A DNA stretch of 45,583 nucleotides from Gammaproteobacteria bacterium (GTDB taxonomy: Bacteria; Pseudomonadota; Gammaproteobacteria; Steroidobacterales; Rariloculaceae), in contig JAQWRR010000094.1 of NCBI GenBank assembly GCA_029243585.1, positions 1 through 45,583 on the forward strand, read 5' to 3'. Within the stretch, counting starts at the first letter, position 1. Every line of letters begins with the position of its first letter. Both the position numbers and the translations under genes were made by a program. This document shows, one piece after another, positions 9,285-18,567 of this stretch. The notes below the pieces were generated by a model. It saw nothing but the letters and a program-made list of their open reading frames with translations, searched no databases and had not been told where the DNA came from.

Positions 9285-9527
9285 TTACCCACCAGCAACT
9301 GGGGGGAAAAACAACACAATATCACCTTCAGAAATTCCAGAATCCCAGCCTGCTAGCTCATCATTTATAGCAACCTTACAGCGCAACATAGGATCAGAAA
9401 AAAGGTGCCGGGTAGCAACCTCTGTAAAGAGATCCCCAGCAGTTGCAGCGCTAGTTAATAAAACCTCGGACTCTTTACCCGTTTTCTCACGAAAGACAGC
9501 AAAGTATTTTGCAGTGACGTTAATCAT
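9285..9527 (-). CDS. moaD: Molybdopterin synthase sulfur carrier subunit
   Basis: 80 aa; YFA.FRE..G; C-terminal PPVAGG. Confidence 0.95.
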   Translation of the reverse strand: MINVTAKYFAVFREKTGKESEVLLTSAATAGDLFTEVATRHLFSDPMLRCKVAINDELAGWDSGISEGDIVLFFPPVAGG

Positions 9528-10000
9528 TACTTTTTCAGTTCAGAAAAATCAGCCTTACCCCCAGTCTTAGACACAAGGGCTATATCTTTAATCTGGATAC
9601 CATGAGAAAGAGACTTGCACATGTCATAAACCGTTAGAGCTGCTACAGAAACACCTGTCAGTGCCTCCATTTCAACACCAGTTTTATGTGTTGCTCGTAC
9701 CGAGCATTGAATTAATAATTCCTGCTTAGAATTCCACTCGATTGTTATTGTGCAATCTTCAAGCGGAACAGGATGACAAAAGGGAATAAGTTCATAGGTT
9801 CGTTTTACCGCCATCACGCCAGCAACGATAGCAGTATCAATAACAGGCCCTTTTTTAGTCTGTAAAAGGGCTTCCTGATCACTCAGTAAATCTTCAGGAA
9901 AAACAACTAATGCTCGGGCACAGGCAGTTCTATGGGTTACCTCTTTGTTACTCACGTCGACCATGGTAGGACGATTAAACTCATCTACATGGCTAAGCAT
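9527..10000 (-). CDS. moaC: Cyclic pyranopterin monophosphate synthase
   Basis: LSH......MVDV, LIPFCHP, TGVEMEAL, YDMCK and KTGGK motifs. Confidence 0.96.
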   Translation of the reverse strand: MLSHVDEFNRPTMVDVSNKEVTHRTACARALVVFPEDLLSDQEALLQTKKGPVIDTAIVAGVMAVKRTYELIPFCHPVPLEDCTITIEWNSKQELLIQCSVRATHKTGVEMEALTGVSVAALTVYDMCKSLSHGIQIKDIALVSKTGGKADFSELKK

Positions 10001-11050
10001 TTACCCGCCCATCCGATACATTTCAATCCTTGAGTCTTCCGTTTTTTCTATAGTTTTGCCCTTGCCTCGCTGTTCACTATAACGATCTATGCGATTTCTC
10101 CAAAGATTCTGAAGTAGGCCAACCAGGTCCGCATCACTTGCTCCTGCGCGCAATGGCTCTCTAATAGATATCCCATTCTTTGCAAATAGGCATGTGTAGA
10201 TTGTTCCATCTGCCGATAATCTGGCTCGATGACAATCGCCGCAAAAAGGCTCGCTGACTGAGGATATAAAGCCGATCTCGCCTTGACCATCTTCAAAGAG
10301 ATAACGACTTGCAACTTCACCGCGGTAATTCGGTTCTGCTGGTTTCAATTGCCAGCGTGAAGATATTTGCTCCACCAGCTCGGCAGAAGTGACTACCTCA
10401 TCAAGACGCCACCCGTTCAATGTCCCAACATCCATATACTCTATAAAGCGCACAATAACGTTAGAACCACGGAAACGATCAATCAGATCTAAAACCGTGT
10501 GATCATTCTTGCCTTTTTGCACTACAACATTGAGCTTAATAGGAGAAAGCCCGGCATCATGAGCTGCCTCTACTCCTTCCAACACAGTGGAAACATCACC
10601 TTTCCCACCACTCATTTCATTAAATACTTCCTCATCCAGACTATCCAAGCTGATGGTAATTCTTCTAAGACCCGCTGCCTTTAGTTCTTTTGCCCTGCGA
10701 GACAACAAAGTCCCATTTGAGGTTAGAGCAAGATCCAGCCCTGGCAAATCACTTAACGAACTGACGATATCTACGATATCTTTTCTCAGCAGCGGTTCTC
10801 CCCCGGTTATTCGAACCTTAGCAACCCCAAGCTTCATAAATAAGCCAGCGACTCGCTTAATCTCACCGGGTGTCAGCCAGTGCTGTCTAGATAAAAACTT
10901 GTAAGACTCTCCATAAACCTCTGCAGGCATACAGTAAGGACAACGATAATTGCACCGATCTATTACGGAAATACGAAGATCGTGCAAGGGTCTTTCCCAA
11001 GTATCTCTAACATCCCCGGGAGAGGTAAGTTGGGTTACTGTTCTACTCAT
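10001..11050 (-). CDS. moaA: GTP 3',8-cyclase (radical SAM)
   Basis: CNYRCPYC, TGGEPLLR, RFIEYM, C-terminal CGDC...C cluster and terminal GG. Start placed at the ATG at 11050; the ORF track extends to 11116. Confidence 0.96.
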   Translation of the reverse strand: MSRTVTQLTSPGDVRDTWERPLHDLRISVIDRCNYRCPYCMPAEVYGESYKFLSRQHWLTPGEIKRVAGLFMKLGVAKVRITGGEPLLRKDIVDIVSSLSDLPGLDLALTSNGTLLSRRAKELKAAGLRRITISLDSLDEEVFNEMSGGKGDVSTVLEGVEAAHDAGLSPIKLNVVVQKGKNDHTVLDLIDRFRGSNVIVRFIEYMDVGTLNGWRLDEVVTSAELVEQISSRWQLKPAEPNYRGEVASRYLFEDGQGEIGFISSVSEPFCGDCHRARLSADGTIYTCLFAKNGISIREPLRAGASDADLVGLLQNLWRNRIDRYSEQRGKGKTIEKTEDSRIEMYRMGG

Positions 11051-11164
11051 AACCAATATATTAACCGATCCGGCTAAGCGGGTATTAGGCTTAAGACAAA
11101 TTTGAGTCATTATCACAGAGAAACTGGCTTGATTACCTAAACACTAATCGGGACACTTGAGCTT

Positions 11165-11950
11165 ATGATCCCCGAAACCATAGCCACTTTTTTCCATGCA
11201 AATCAAAATCTACTGTGGGTGACTACCCTCACTCTAGATCTTTCCATGACCCTTTTGCTTTACCGTATTTTCGGGAAATCAGGGCTTATATCAGCAATTG
11301 TGCTCTCAATACTGTTAGCGAATCTTCAAGGACCTAAGCTAACAGAAATAATGGGAATGGAGACAAGCCTAGGAGTAATTTTCTATTCCACCATTTTTTT
11401 TGCTACCGATCTGCTCGGGGAAAAATACGGTAGGGCAACTGCAACTAGGGCTGTTTTACTTGGCTTTGGTGTAAGCGTCATCATTGTAGTAATGATGAGC
11501 ATGAGCCTTCTTTACTTACCCTCTACACGCCTAGAATCAGCAGCATTTTCAGGCGAAATTCATCAAGCCTTCTCTAAAATCCTAGATTTCACACCGAGGT
11601 TTGTATTTGGCTCTCTTCTTGCTTTTCTAATAAGCCAAAGTTTCGATGTATGGTTCTTTCACCGCGTAAAAAAATGGACAAAAGGAAAGCATCTTTGGAT
11701 ACGCAACAACCTATCAACAATTACATCTCAGGCGCTCGACACAGCACTGTATACGGTTATTGTATGGTGGGGCATTTTTGATCTTGGCACTGCCTTCCGA
11801 CTTGCATTAGCAAAATATGTTTTCAAAATTTTTATTGCAGCCTTTGATACACCTTTTATCTACTGGGCAAGAAGCTGGAATGTTCCCGATGCCCTAGCCA
11901 ATGAGGGCGATACAGCCCAGGATAGAAAGGAGCAATACTTAAAATCTTAG
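11165..11950 (+). CDS. Queuosine precursor (preQ0/preQ1) transporter, YhhQ/VUT family
   Basis: TDLLGEKYG, PR...GSLLAFLISQ.FDV, LWIRNNLST..SQ.LDT and DTPFIY motifs. Confidence 0.88.
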   Translation: MIPETIATFFHANQNLLWVTTLTLDLSMTLLLYRIFGKSGLISAIVLSILLANLQGPKLTEIMGMETSLGVIFYSTIFFATDLLGEKYGRATATRAVLLGFGVSVIIVVMMSMSLLYLPSTRLESAAFSGEIHQAFSKILDFTPRFVFGSLLAFLISQSFDVWFFHRVKKWTKGKHLWIRNNLSTITSQALDTALYTVIVWWGIFDLGTAFRLALAKYVFKIFIAAFDTPFIYWARSWNVPDALANEGDTAQDRKEQYLKS

Positions 11951-11992
11951 GTATAAGACCAAAGTATGAAAGCAAATACTTTTTACTACGCC

Positions 11993-13693
11993 CTAAGCTT
12001 GTCTACTTTCTTCAATTGCTGCTTGTCGCTCGATTTTTGCCCATGAGTCTCTAAGCGTTACTGTACGGGAAAACACAGAGCAATCTGGAAATTCAGTATC
12101 GATTGTGAAGTAACCCTGTCTCTCAAACTGAAATCTCTCTGCTGGTTTAGCAGCTTCAAGAATAGGCTCCAACATAGAATTTTTGAGAATTTCAAGGGAA
12201 TCAGGGTTGAGATGACGCTTAAAATCATCTGTGCCCTGATCTGGATTTGGCGCAATAAAAAGGCGGTCATACAAATGAAGTTCTCGCTGAATTGCATGCC
12301 TTGCAGAGACCCAGTGGATGGTTCCTTTTACTTTTCTTTGTGCCTGTTCGGAACCGCTTCTAGTCTCGGGATCATAACTACAACGTAATTCAATAACTTC
12401 ACCGGATTGATCCTTTATTACTTCCTCACACTTAATTATGTACCCATAACGTAATCGTACTTCAGACCCAGGGCTTAGTCGTCTAAATTTTCTAGGTGGG
12501 TCCTCTCTAAAATCATCACTTTCAATATAAATCTCTCGGCAAAAGGGTATCTGTCTTGATCCTAAATCTGGACGATTGGGGTGGTTAGCTGCATCCAGTA
12601 ACTCTTCTTTATCTTGCGGATAATTATCGATTACTACCTTAAGAGGCCTCAATACAGCAAACCGCCTTGGAGCTGTTTCATTTAGTTCCTCTCGTAGACA
12701 ATTCTCTAATGAACCAAGCTCAATGAGATTATCTTTTTTAGTAATTCCAATACGCCCAATAAAATCCCGAATAGAAGCAGCAGTGTACCCACGCCTCCTA
12801 AGGCCAGATAGCGTAGGCATCCTAGGGTCATGCCAACCCCCAACATGTCCTTCATCTACCAATTGGGACAATTTTCGTTTGCTCATGACTGTAAACATAA
12901 GATTCAAGCGAGAAAATTCTATCTGGCGCGGATAATTCTGAACTGGGAGGTTTTCCAGAAACCACTCATATAAAGGCCTATGATCCTCAAACTCTAGCGT
13001 ACATAAAGAGTGGGTTGTTCCCTCAAGAACATCAGACAGTGTATGGGCAAAATCGTACATAGGATAAATACACCATGTATCACCAGTTCGCTGATGAACA
13101 ACCTTCCGAATACGGTATAGAGTTGGGTCCCGCATATTAATATTGGGAGATGCCATGTTGATCTTTGCCCGTAGCACATGCTCTCCTTCATCAAATACTC
13201 CATTCGCCATCTTCTGAAAGAGGTCCATATTTTCATCAATCGGACGGTCCCGATAAGGGCTATTCTTACCCGGTTCCGTTAGTGTTCCGCGAAGCAGTCG
13301 GATTTCATCCGCACTCTGACTATCAACATAAGCTTTACCCTCCTGTATCAAATTGAGCGCAAAACCATGAAGCTTCGGGAAATAGTCAGATGCGTAGGTC
13401 TGCCGCTCATCCCAGCTATAGCCAAGCCATTTTAGATCCTTTTCTATGGCCTCTACATATTCAATATCTTCTTTCTCTGGATTAGTGTCATCAAAACGCA
13501 AATAACACTCTCCTTGAAACTCTTTTGCAATATCGAAATCAAGACAGATAGCCTTGGCATGACCAATATGCAAATAGCCATTAGGCTCCGGAGGAAATCG
13601 AGTTTGAACTCGTCCATCATTCTTACCTGCTGCAATATCCGCTTCGACAATCTGACGAATAAAATTTGTCTTTTGCTTTTTTTGGTCGTCCAT
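11993..13693 (-). CDS. glnS: Glutamine--tRNA ligase
   Basis: TRFPPEPNGYLHIGHAK, DDTNP, YPMYDFAH, MSKRKL, KVKGTIHWVS and FQFERQGYF motifs. Confidence 0.97.
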   Translation of the reverse strand: MDDQKKQKTNFIRQIVEADIAAGKNDGRVQTRFPPEPNGYLHIGHAKAICLDFDIAKEFQGECYLRFDDTNPEKEDIEYVEAIEKDLKWLGYSWDERQTYASDYFPKLHGFALNLIQEGKAYVDSQSADEIRLLRGTLTEPGKNSPYRDRPIDENMDLFQKMANGVFDEGEHVLRAKINMASPNINMRDPTLYRIRKVVHQRTGDTWCIYPMYDFAHTLSDVLEGTTHSLCTLEFEDHRPLYEWFLENLPVQNYPRQIEFSRLNLMFTVMSKRKLSQLVDEGHVGGWHDPRMPTLSGLRRRGYTAASIRDFIGRIGITKKDNLIELGSLENCLREELNETAPRRFAVLRPLKVVIDNYPQDKEELLDAANHPNRPDLGSRQIPFCREIYIESDDFREDPPRKFRRLSPGSEVRLRYGYIIKCEEVIKDQSGEVIELRCSYDPETRSGSEQAQRKVKGTIHWVSARHAIQRELHLYDRLFIAPNPDQGTDDFKRHLNPDSLEILKNSMLEPILEAAKPAERFQFERQGYFTIDTEFPDCSVFSRTVTLRDSWAKIERQAAIEESRQA

Positions 13694-13808
13694 AATTGCA
13701 ATTGTCCTTCATGCACCCCCTGTGCACAATTGTGACTTCTTCAATAAAAATCATTATTTATAATTTTTCTAATGACTCAGCACTAGTAATCAACTAATAA
13801 ATCAGATA

Positions 13809-13975
13809 CGGTGCGCCCCCTCGGGCATCAGCCCAGCAGCGACGAACAACAGGACCTCTATATATTTTCTCAGGGTCTAGTCGCAATAACTCCCTCTTAC
13901 CCTTTTACCTGTTGTTTGGGTCGGAAACGACCATGGCATGCAGGCTAAGTCTGCAGCTATTAATGGATATTAATA
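13809..13975 (+). promoter_or_regulatory. Putative structured 5' leader of the DEAD-box helicase gene (no family recognised)
   Basis: 11-bp complement 13843-13853/13908-13918; GGUCG-GAAA-CGACC hairpin at 13919-13932; UGCAGGC-UAA-GUCUGCA hairpin at 13939-13955. Confidence 0.5.
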
Positions 13976-13981
13976 AAATAC

Positions 13982-15256
13982 ATGAGCAGTTCAAATTTAA
14001 AAAAACAAACTGATTTTGAGCAGTTTGCTTTACATAAAACCCTCAAAAAAGGCATTAGCGATGCGGGTTTTAAAAGCGCTCGTCCTATTCAATTACAAAC
14101 TATCCCAGCCGGATTATCCGGTAAGGATGTTTTAGGACTAGCCCAAACTGGTACTGGTAAAACAGCCGCTTTTGCCTTGCCAATACTCAATCGATTGCTA
14201 ACGAAGCCCAGCAAATGTCCAGGAGTACTGGTACTTGCTCCAACTCGTGAGTTAGCCACTCAGATTGCCAAAGAATTTCGCATGCTGAGTCAATTCACCA
14301 ATATAAAAATAACGACGGTGTATGGCGGTATATCCATACATAAACAAATTTCGGGGCTGCGCCGCAAACCTGAGATTGTGATTGGTTGTCCTGGACGTGT
14401 CTTAGACCTTATGAGACGTGGTGCACTCTATCTGGGCGCAGTAAAAACATTAGTCCTTGATGAAGCAGATCATATGTTTGATATGGGGTTCTTACCTGAT
14501 ATTCAAAAAATTCTAGCGGAATTGCCTGAGTCTCGACAAAATCTACTTTTCTCAGCAACCATGCCCAAGGAAATCCGCAGACTGGCTAATAAAATACTTA
14601 ATAAACCACATATAGCTGAACTAGCCGATAGTACGCCAGCTAGCACGATTGATCATGCTCTTTACTTGATCCCAGAAAAACGCAAACAGGATTTACTAAA
14701 ACATATCTTAAATAGCGCTGATTGTAGTTCCGCGATTGTATTTACTAGGACAAAGCATAGGGCAAGGCGTCTGGCTTTGCAGCTCAGCAAACTAGGGCAT
14801 CGTGCAGTTGGCCTACAAGGAAATATGTCACAGGCACAAAGAGACAAGGCTATGGGGGGGTTTCGTACAGGCCACTTCGATATTTTGGTAGCTACTGATA
14901 TTGCTGCACGTGGAATCGATGTTAGCAACGTGTCCTACGTAATTAATTTTGACGTGCCTGGAACGCCTGAGGCCTATACACACCGTATTGGACGTACAGG
15001 CCGTTCAGATAAATCAGGGATAGCCTGTACATTCGTTACTAAAGAGGATCGTGGTTGGGTTCGCAGTACCGAAAGAATGATCGGAGCTCCCATACCTCGG
15101 CGCATGGTTGAAGGATTTGTGGCAGATTTCGAGGATGCCCCGTTACGTAGCAAAACCTCACATAAAAACCCACGTGGTCCTCAGCCAAACAGGAAGAAAC
15201 GAAGTAACCGACCAAAATCAACACGAAAAAGACGTAGTAAAAAACGCGCTAGCTAA
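13982..15256 (+). CDS. DEAD-box RNA helicase, RhlE-like
   Basis: AQTGTGKT, PTRELA, DEAD, SAT, ARGID and HRIGRTGR motifs; basic C-terminal tail. Confidence 0.95.
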   Translation: MSSSNLKKQTDFEQFALHKTLKKGISDAGFKSARPIQLQTIPAGLSGKDVLGLAQTGTGKTAAFALPILNRLLTKPSKCPGVLVLAPTRELATQIAKEFRMLSQFTNIKITTVYGGISIHKQISGLRRKPEIVIGCPGRVLDLMRRGALYLGAVKTLVLDEADHMFDMGFLPDIQKILAELPESRQNLLFSATMPKEIRRLANKILNKPHIAELADSTPASTIDHALYLIPEKRKQDLLKHILNSADCSSAIVFTRTKHRARRLALQLSKLGHRAVGLQGNMSQAQRDKAMGGFRTGHFDILVATDIAARGIDVSNVSYVINFDVPGTPEAYTHRIGRTGRSDKSGIACTFVTKEDRGWVRSTERMIGAPIPRRMVEGFVADFEDAPLRSKTSHKNPRGPQPNRKKRSNRPKSTRKRRSKKRAS

Positions 15257-15272
15257 TGAATAAAAGGATGAA

Positions 15273-15728
15273 ATGAAAATTTGGGTGGACGCAGATGCCT
15301 GCCCAGTGGCGGCTAAAGAAATATTGTTTAGGGCAGCAGAACGTACCGGTACTGAAATAATTCTGGTCGCAAATAATCCAGTTCGGATACCTCCTTCGCC
15401 TCACATCAAACTGATAACGGTAGAGGCGGGCTTCGATGTCGCCGACAATGAGATTGTTAAACGTTTAAATGCTGGGGATCTTGTGATTACCAGCGATATC
15501 CCCTTGGCCGCAGAAGTTCTTGCAAAAGATGCCCAAGCGTTAAATCCACGAGGAGAACTTTATTCGCCCGATACAATTGCCTCACGACTCAACATGAGAG
15601 ATTTTATGGATACGTTGCGGTCCAGCGGCATACACACTAAAGGTCCTCCAGCTTTTAGCAAAAGTGATTGTTCTGCCTTTGCGAATCATTTAGATAAAAT
15701 TCTACGTGACAGACAGCTAAAACCTTAG
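15273..15728 (+). CDS. yaiI: YaiI/YqxD (UPF0178) family protein
   Basis: [29 protein letters not shown] and NPRGE motifs. Confidence 0.92.
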   Translation: MKIWVDADACPVAAKEILFRAAERTGTEIILVANNPVRIPPSPHIKLITVEAGFDVADNEIVKRLNAGDLVITSDIPLAAEVLAKDAQALNPRGELYSPDTIASRLNMRDFMDTLRSSGIHTKGPPAFSKSDCSAFANHLDKILRDRQLKP

Positions 15729-15902
15729 ATGCAAAAATGTCTCAGGTTTTAATCATTTTGATGATGCTTGTTAAAAAGATTCATATTGCTTGAACTGAGA
15801 ATTTTTAATATTGCTAAATCTACACTTAGATTATCTCACTCCTTAAGAAAAGGACGGGTCTTTCCCTTTCGACGAAGACCAATGAATGGCAGAATGAGGG
15901 AC

Positions 15903-16988
15903 ATGCGCCGAAGAAATTTTCTCTATGGTGGTTTAGGAGCGCTTGCTTCCTGTAGTCAGACTGAAGAATCACCCCAATCGACAGGTTCATTGGAGCAGGT
16001 GAAATGGCGTATGGGAACTTCATGGCCACCCAACTTTCCAGGTCATGGAACATCAGCTAATCGTCTTGCCCAGCGTTTAGAAGAATTATCTGGAGGCAGA
16101 ATCGAGGTTAGTGTATTTGCTGCGGGAGAATTAGTGCCCGCACTAGAAATTCTTGATGTTGTCTCACGAGGCCAGATTGAGTTAGGTCATTCCGCACCAA
16201 TATATTGGCGAGGGCAAATTCCTGCTGCTCAATTATTCGGTAGTGTCCCCTTTGGCATGCTTCCAAACGAATTTAATTCGTGGCTATATTTTGGTGGAGG
16301 CCTTGAGCTTTGGCAGGAAGCTTATTCTCCTCTTGGCGTAATCCCTTTCCCAGCTGGAAACACTGGTTCACAAATGGGGGGTTGGTTTAATAGGGAAATA
16401 AACTCAGCTGAAGATCTCAATGGACTAAAAATGCGTATCCCCGGATTAGGTGGAGAGGTTATGAGGCGAGCGGGTGTATTACCCGTTAGCATACCTGTAG
16501 GTGAAATCTACACTGCATTACAAACAGGTACGATTGACGCAACTGAGTGGGTAGGCCCATATAATGATATGGCAGCAGGTCTGCATGAAGCAGCAGAATA
16601 TTATTACTATCCTGGCTGGCAGGAACCTTCTGGTGCCCTTGAATGCCTTGTTTCCATGGAAGCCTACAACTCTTTATCGGAAGAGCTAAAGGTTATCGTG
16701 CGCACCGCATGCATTGCAGAAAATGACTATATTTTGTCTGAGTTTAATGCTCGCAACCAAAGAGCCTTAAAAACATTGATTGAAGAACATGGCGTCCAAC
16801 TTCGTCGGTTTCCAGACGACGTTCTAGAGGTTTTAAGAGGTTTCAGCGCTGAAGTCTTAGAAAATTTAGCAGCGGAAGACCCAATGAGCAGCAAGGTTTA
16901 TGAGTCTTATAAGGCTTTTGCTACTGAGATTGGCTCCTGGCTAAGAATTACAGAAGGTTTAATCACAAACATAAGAGGCACGCCATAG
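15903..16988 (+). CDS. TRAP transporter substrate-binding protein (DctP/TakP-like), Tat-exported lipoprotein
   Basis: Start re-placed at 15903 after GAGGG: MRRRNFL...ALASC. Motifs GNTGSQMGGWF, GLKMRIPGLG, IDATEWVGP and YYYPGWQEP. Confidence 0.9.
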   Translation: MRRRNFLYGGLGALASCSQTEESPQSTGSLEQVKWRMGTSWPPNFPGHGTSANRLAQRLEELSGGRIEVSVFAAGELVPALEILDVVSRGQIELGHSAPIYWRGQIPAAQLFGSVPFGMLPNEFNSWLYFGGGLELWQEAYSPLGVIPFPAGNTGSQMGGWFNREINSAEDLNGLKMRIPGLGGEVMRRAGVLPVSIPVGEIYTALQTGTIDATEWVGPYNDMAAGLHEAAEYYYYPGWQEPSGALECLVSMEAYNSLSEELKVIVRTACIAENDYILSEFNARNQRALKTLIEEHGVQLRRFPDDVLEVLRGFSAEVLENLAAEDPMSSKVYESYKAFATEIGSWLRITEGLITNIRGTP

Positions 16989-17014
16989 CCCTAGAAACTT
17001 ACAAGGAATTTAAG

Positions 17015-17101
17015 TTTTTTCGACTCTTTTAGAAGATTTTTAGTGATTTTAGCGTCTTTTAAAAGATTATTTTTTCCTTTTTTGCTTAAAAAAGTCTTTT
17101 T
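17015..17101. repeat. Degenerate 10-bp-periodic T-tract array containing two copies of a 12-bp palindrome
   Basis: T-runs end at 17020, 17030, 17041, 17050 and 17060. TCTTTTAGAAGA at 17025-17036 and TCTTTTAAAAGA at 17055-17066. Confidence 0.55.
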
Positions 17102-17112
17102 ATAGGCTTATT

Positions 17113-18504
17113 CTAATAAAACACACCTCCGGCTTTATCTTCTTGCTCCACACCAGAGGGCACCACACCCTCGATATGATTTAGAAACCGCCTGAGCCAG
17201 ACATATGAAACAACCCCAAAGACAACATGGGCTAATGTATTAGCCCAGAAAACCCCATTCAAACCGAGCAGGATTGATAGCCCCCAGGCAAGGGGCAAGT
17301 AAACGATAAAAAATTTTAAGAATGTTAGGACAGCAGCTGGCATGGGTCGAGCAAGCGCATTAAATACGGCCACCGCAATCATCATCACACTAAACCCAGC
17401 ATAGCTGAATGGCACAATCCTTAGGTAGGTTGTTGCTACATCAAGGACAATAGGGTCGTCGTCAAAAAAACCGGCCATTGGCCGAGATACTATAAAAAGA
17501 ATTGCTGCGGCCACGAGACTGTACGCGACACAAAAGTTAATGGAAAAACTCACGGCACTTTTAACCCTATGAAATTGTCTTGATCCATAGTTCTGCCCTA
17601 CAAAAGGGCCCACCGATGACTGCAATGCAAATATCATGATGAATACAACCGATTCTATCCTTGAAGCCACACCAAAACCGGCAACAGCCTCAGGACCAAA
17701 GCTAGCAACTAGCGCTGTGATTACTCCCATAGTGATGGGAACAAGCAAATTTGTAGCGGTTACAGGAATACTGATATGCAAAAGCCGCCGCCAAGAATTC
17801 CAAATCCCACTAAAGCGAAAAAACCCAGGCAAAATCAGTCTTTCGCCTCGATATAAAACAATAATTGCTGCTATAAATGTCACGCTATTGGATACTACCG
17901 AAGCGATTGCTGCTCCCTGCAACTCAAGTCGGGGGAATCCTAGCAATCCAAAGATCAATAATGGATCAAGAATAATATTCAGCATGGCTGAAAGAACAAG
18001 AATAATGGCAGGTACCATTGCATCCCCGGTCGCTCTAATCGCAAAGTTACCAATCATCGGTAATATTAAAAAAATACTTCCAAAATAATAGATCTGCATG
18101 TAATCCGTTATGAGAGGAAGAGTACGGTCATCCGCACCTAATAATTGAAAAGTTGGTTCAATAGTGGCTAAACCAATAATAGATATGAGTAGGCCAAAGA
18201 CGGCACCCAACATTAATGCATGGGTAACTATCCTTTGAACAGCATCTCTTTCGCCCTTGCCAAGCAAAAGTGCAACTACACTTGACGTTCCAATCCCGAT
18301 CCCTAGCCCAATTGAAATCATTGCAAACGTCACTGGAAACGTGAAGCTCATAGCCGCTAGAGGTAGAGTGCCTAGCTGACCAACAAAATAGGTATCAGCA
18401 ATGCTGTAGGAGTTAAGTGCTATAAACCCTAAAGTCATTGGCACAGCTATAGCCCTTAACTGTGACCCTACAGGACCTACAGTTAATAGTGGTAGAGAAG
18501 GCAT
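17113..18504 (-). CDS. MATE family efflux transporter
   Basis: About 12 TM helices; ADTYFVGQLG, NIILDPLLIFG, GAAIA and VGQNYG motifs. Confidence 0.93.
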   Translation of the reverse strand: MPSLPLLTVGPVGSQLRAIAVPMTLGFIALNSYSIADTYFVGQLGTLPLAAMSFTFPVTFAMISIGLGIGIGTSSVVALLLGKGERDAVQRIVTHALMLGAVFGLLISIIGLATIEPTFQLLGADDRTLPLITDYMQIYYFGSIFLILPMIGNFAIRATGDAMVPAIILVLSAMLNIILDPLLIFGLLGFPRLELQGAAIASVVSNSVTFIAAIIVLYRGERLILPGFFRFSGIWNSWRRLLHISIPVTATNLLVPITMGVITALVASFGPEAVAGFGVASRIESVVFIMIFALQSSVGPFVGQNYGSRQFHRVKSAVSFSINFCVAYSLVAAAILFIVSRPMAGFFDDDPIVLDVATTYLRIVPFSYAGFSVMMIAVAVFNALARPMPAAVLTFLKFFIVYLPLAWGLSILLGLNGVFWANTLAHVVFGVVSYVWLRRFLNHIEGVVPSGVEQEDKAGGVFY

Positions 18505-18567
18505 AATCGCGAATAAAAGCTCAGTAAACCTGAACCGATCAAATCATCCATGAATCTCACGCAAGTA

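Noticed and set aside
11051-11164. Moco riboswitch before moaA or preQ1 riboswitch before the queuosine transporter
   Set aside because: Only a lone 7-bp hairpin (11061-11077) and a CCUAA; the conserved multi-stem cores were not recognised.
13915-13956. GAAA hairpin plus GCUAA resembling a c-di-GMP-I riboswitch or hammerhead ribozyme
   Set aside because: Lacks the GGCAAA/GCAAA junction pattern and the CUGANGA core; kept only as an unassigned structure.
15768-15902. N-terminal extensions in the ORF track (DctP; also moaA, amidohydrolase, xdhC, PhoD, ACD)
   Set aside because: Downstream starts give family-typical N-termini, signal peptides or better SD sites.
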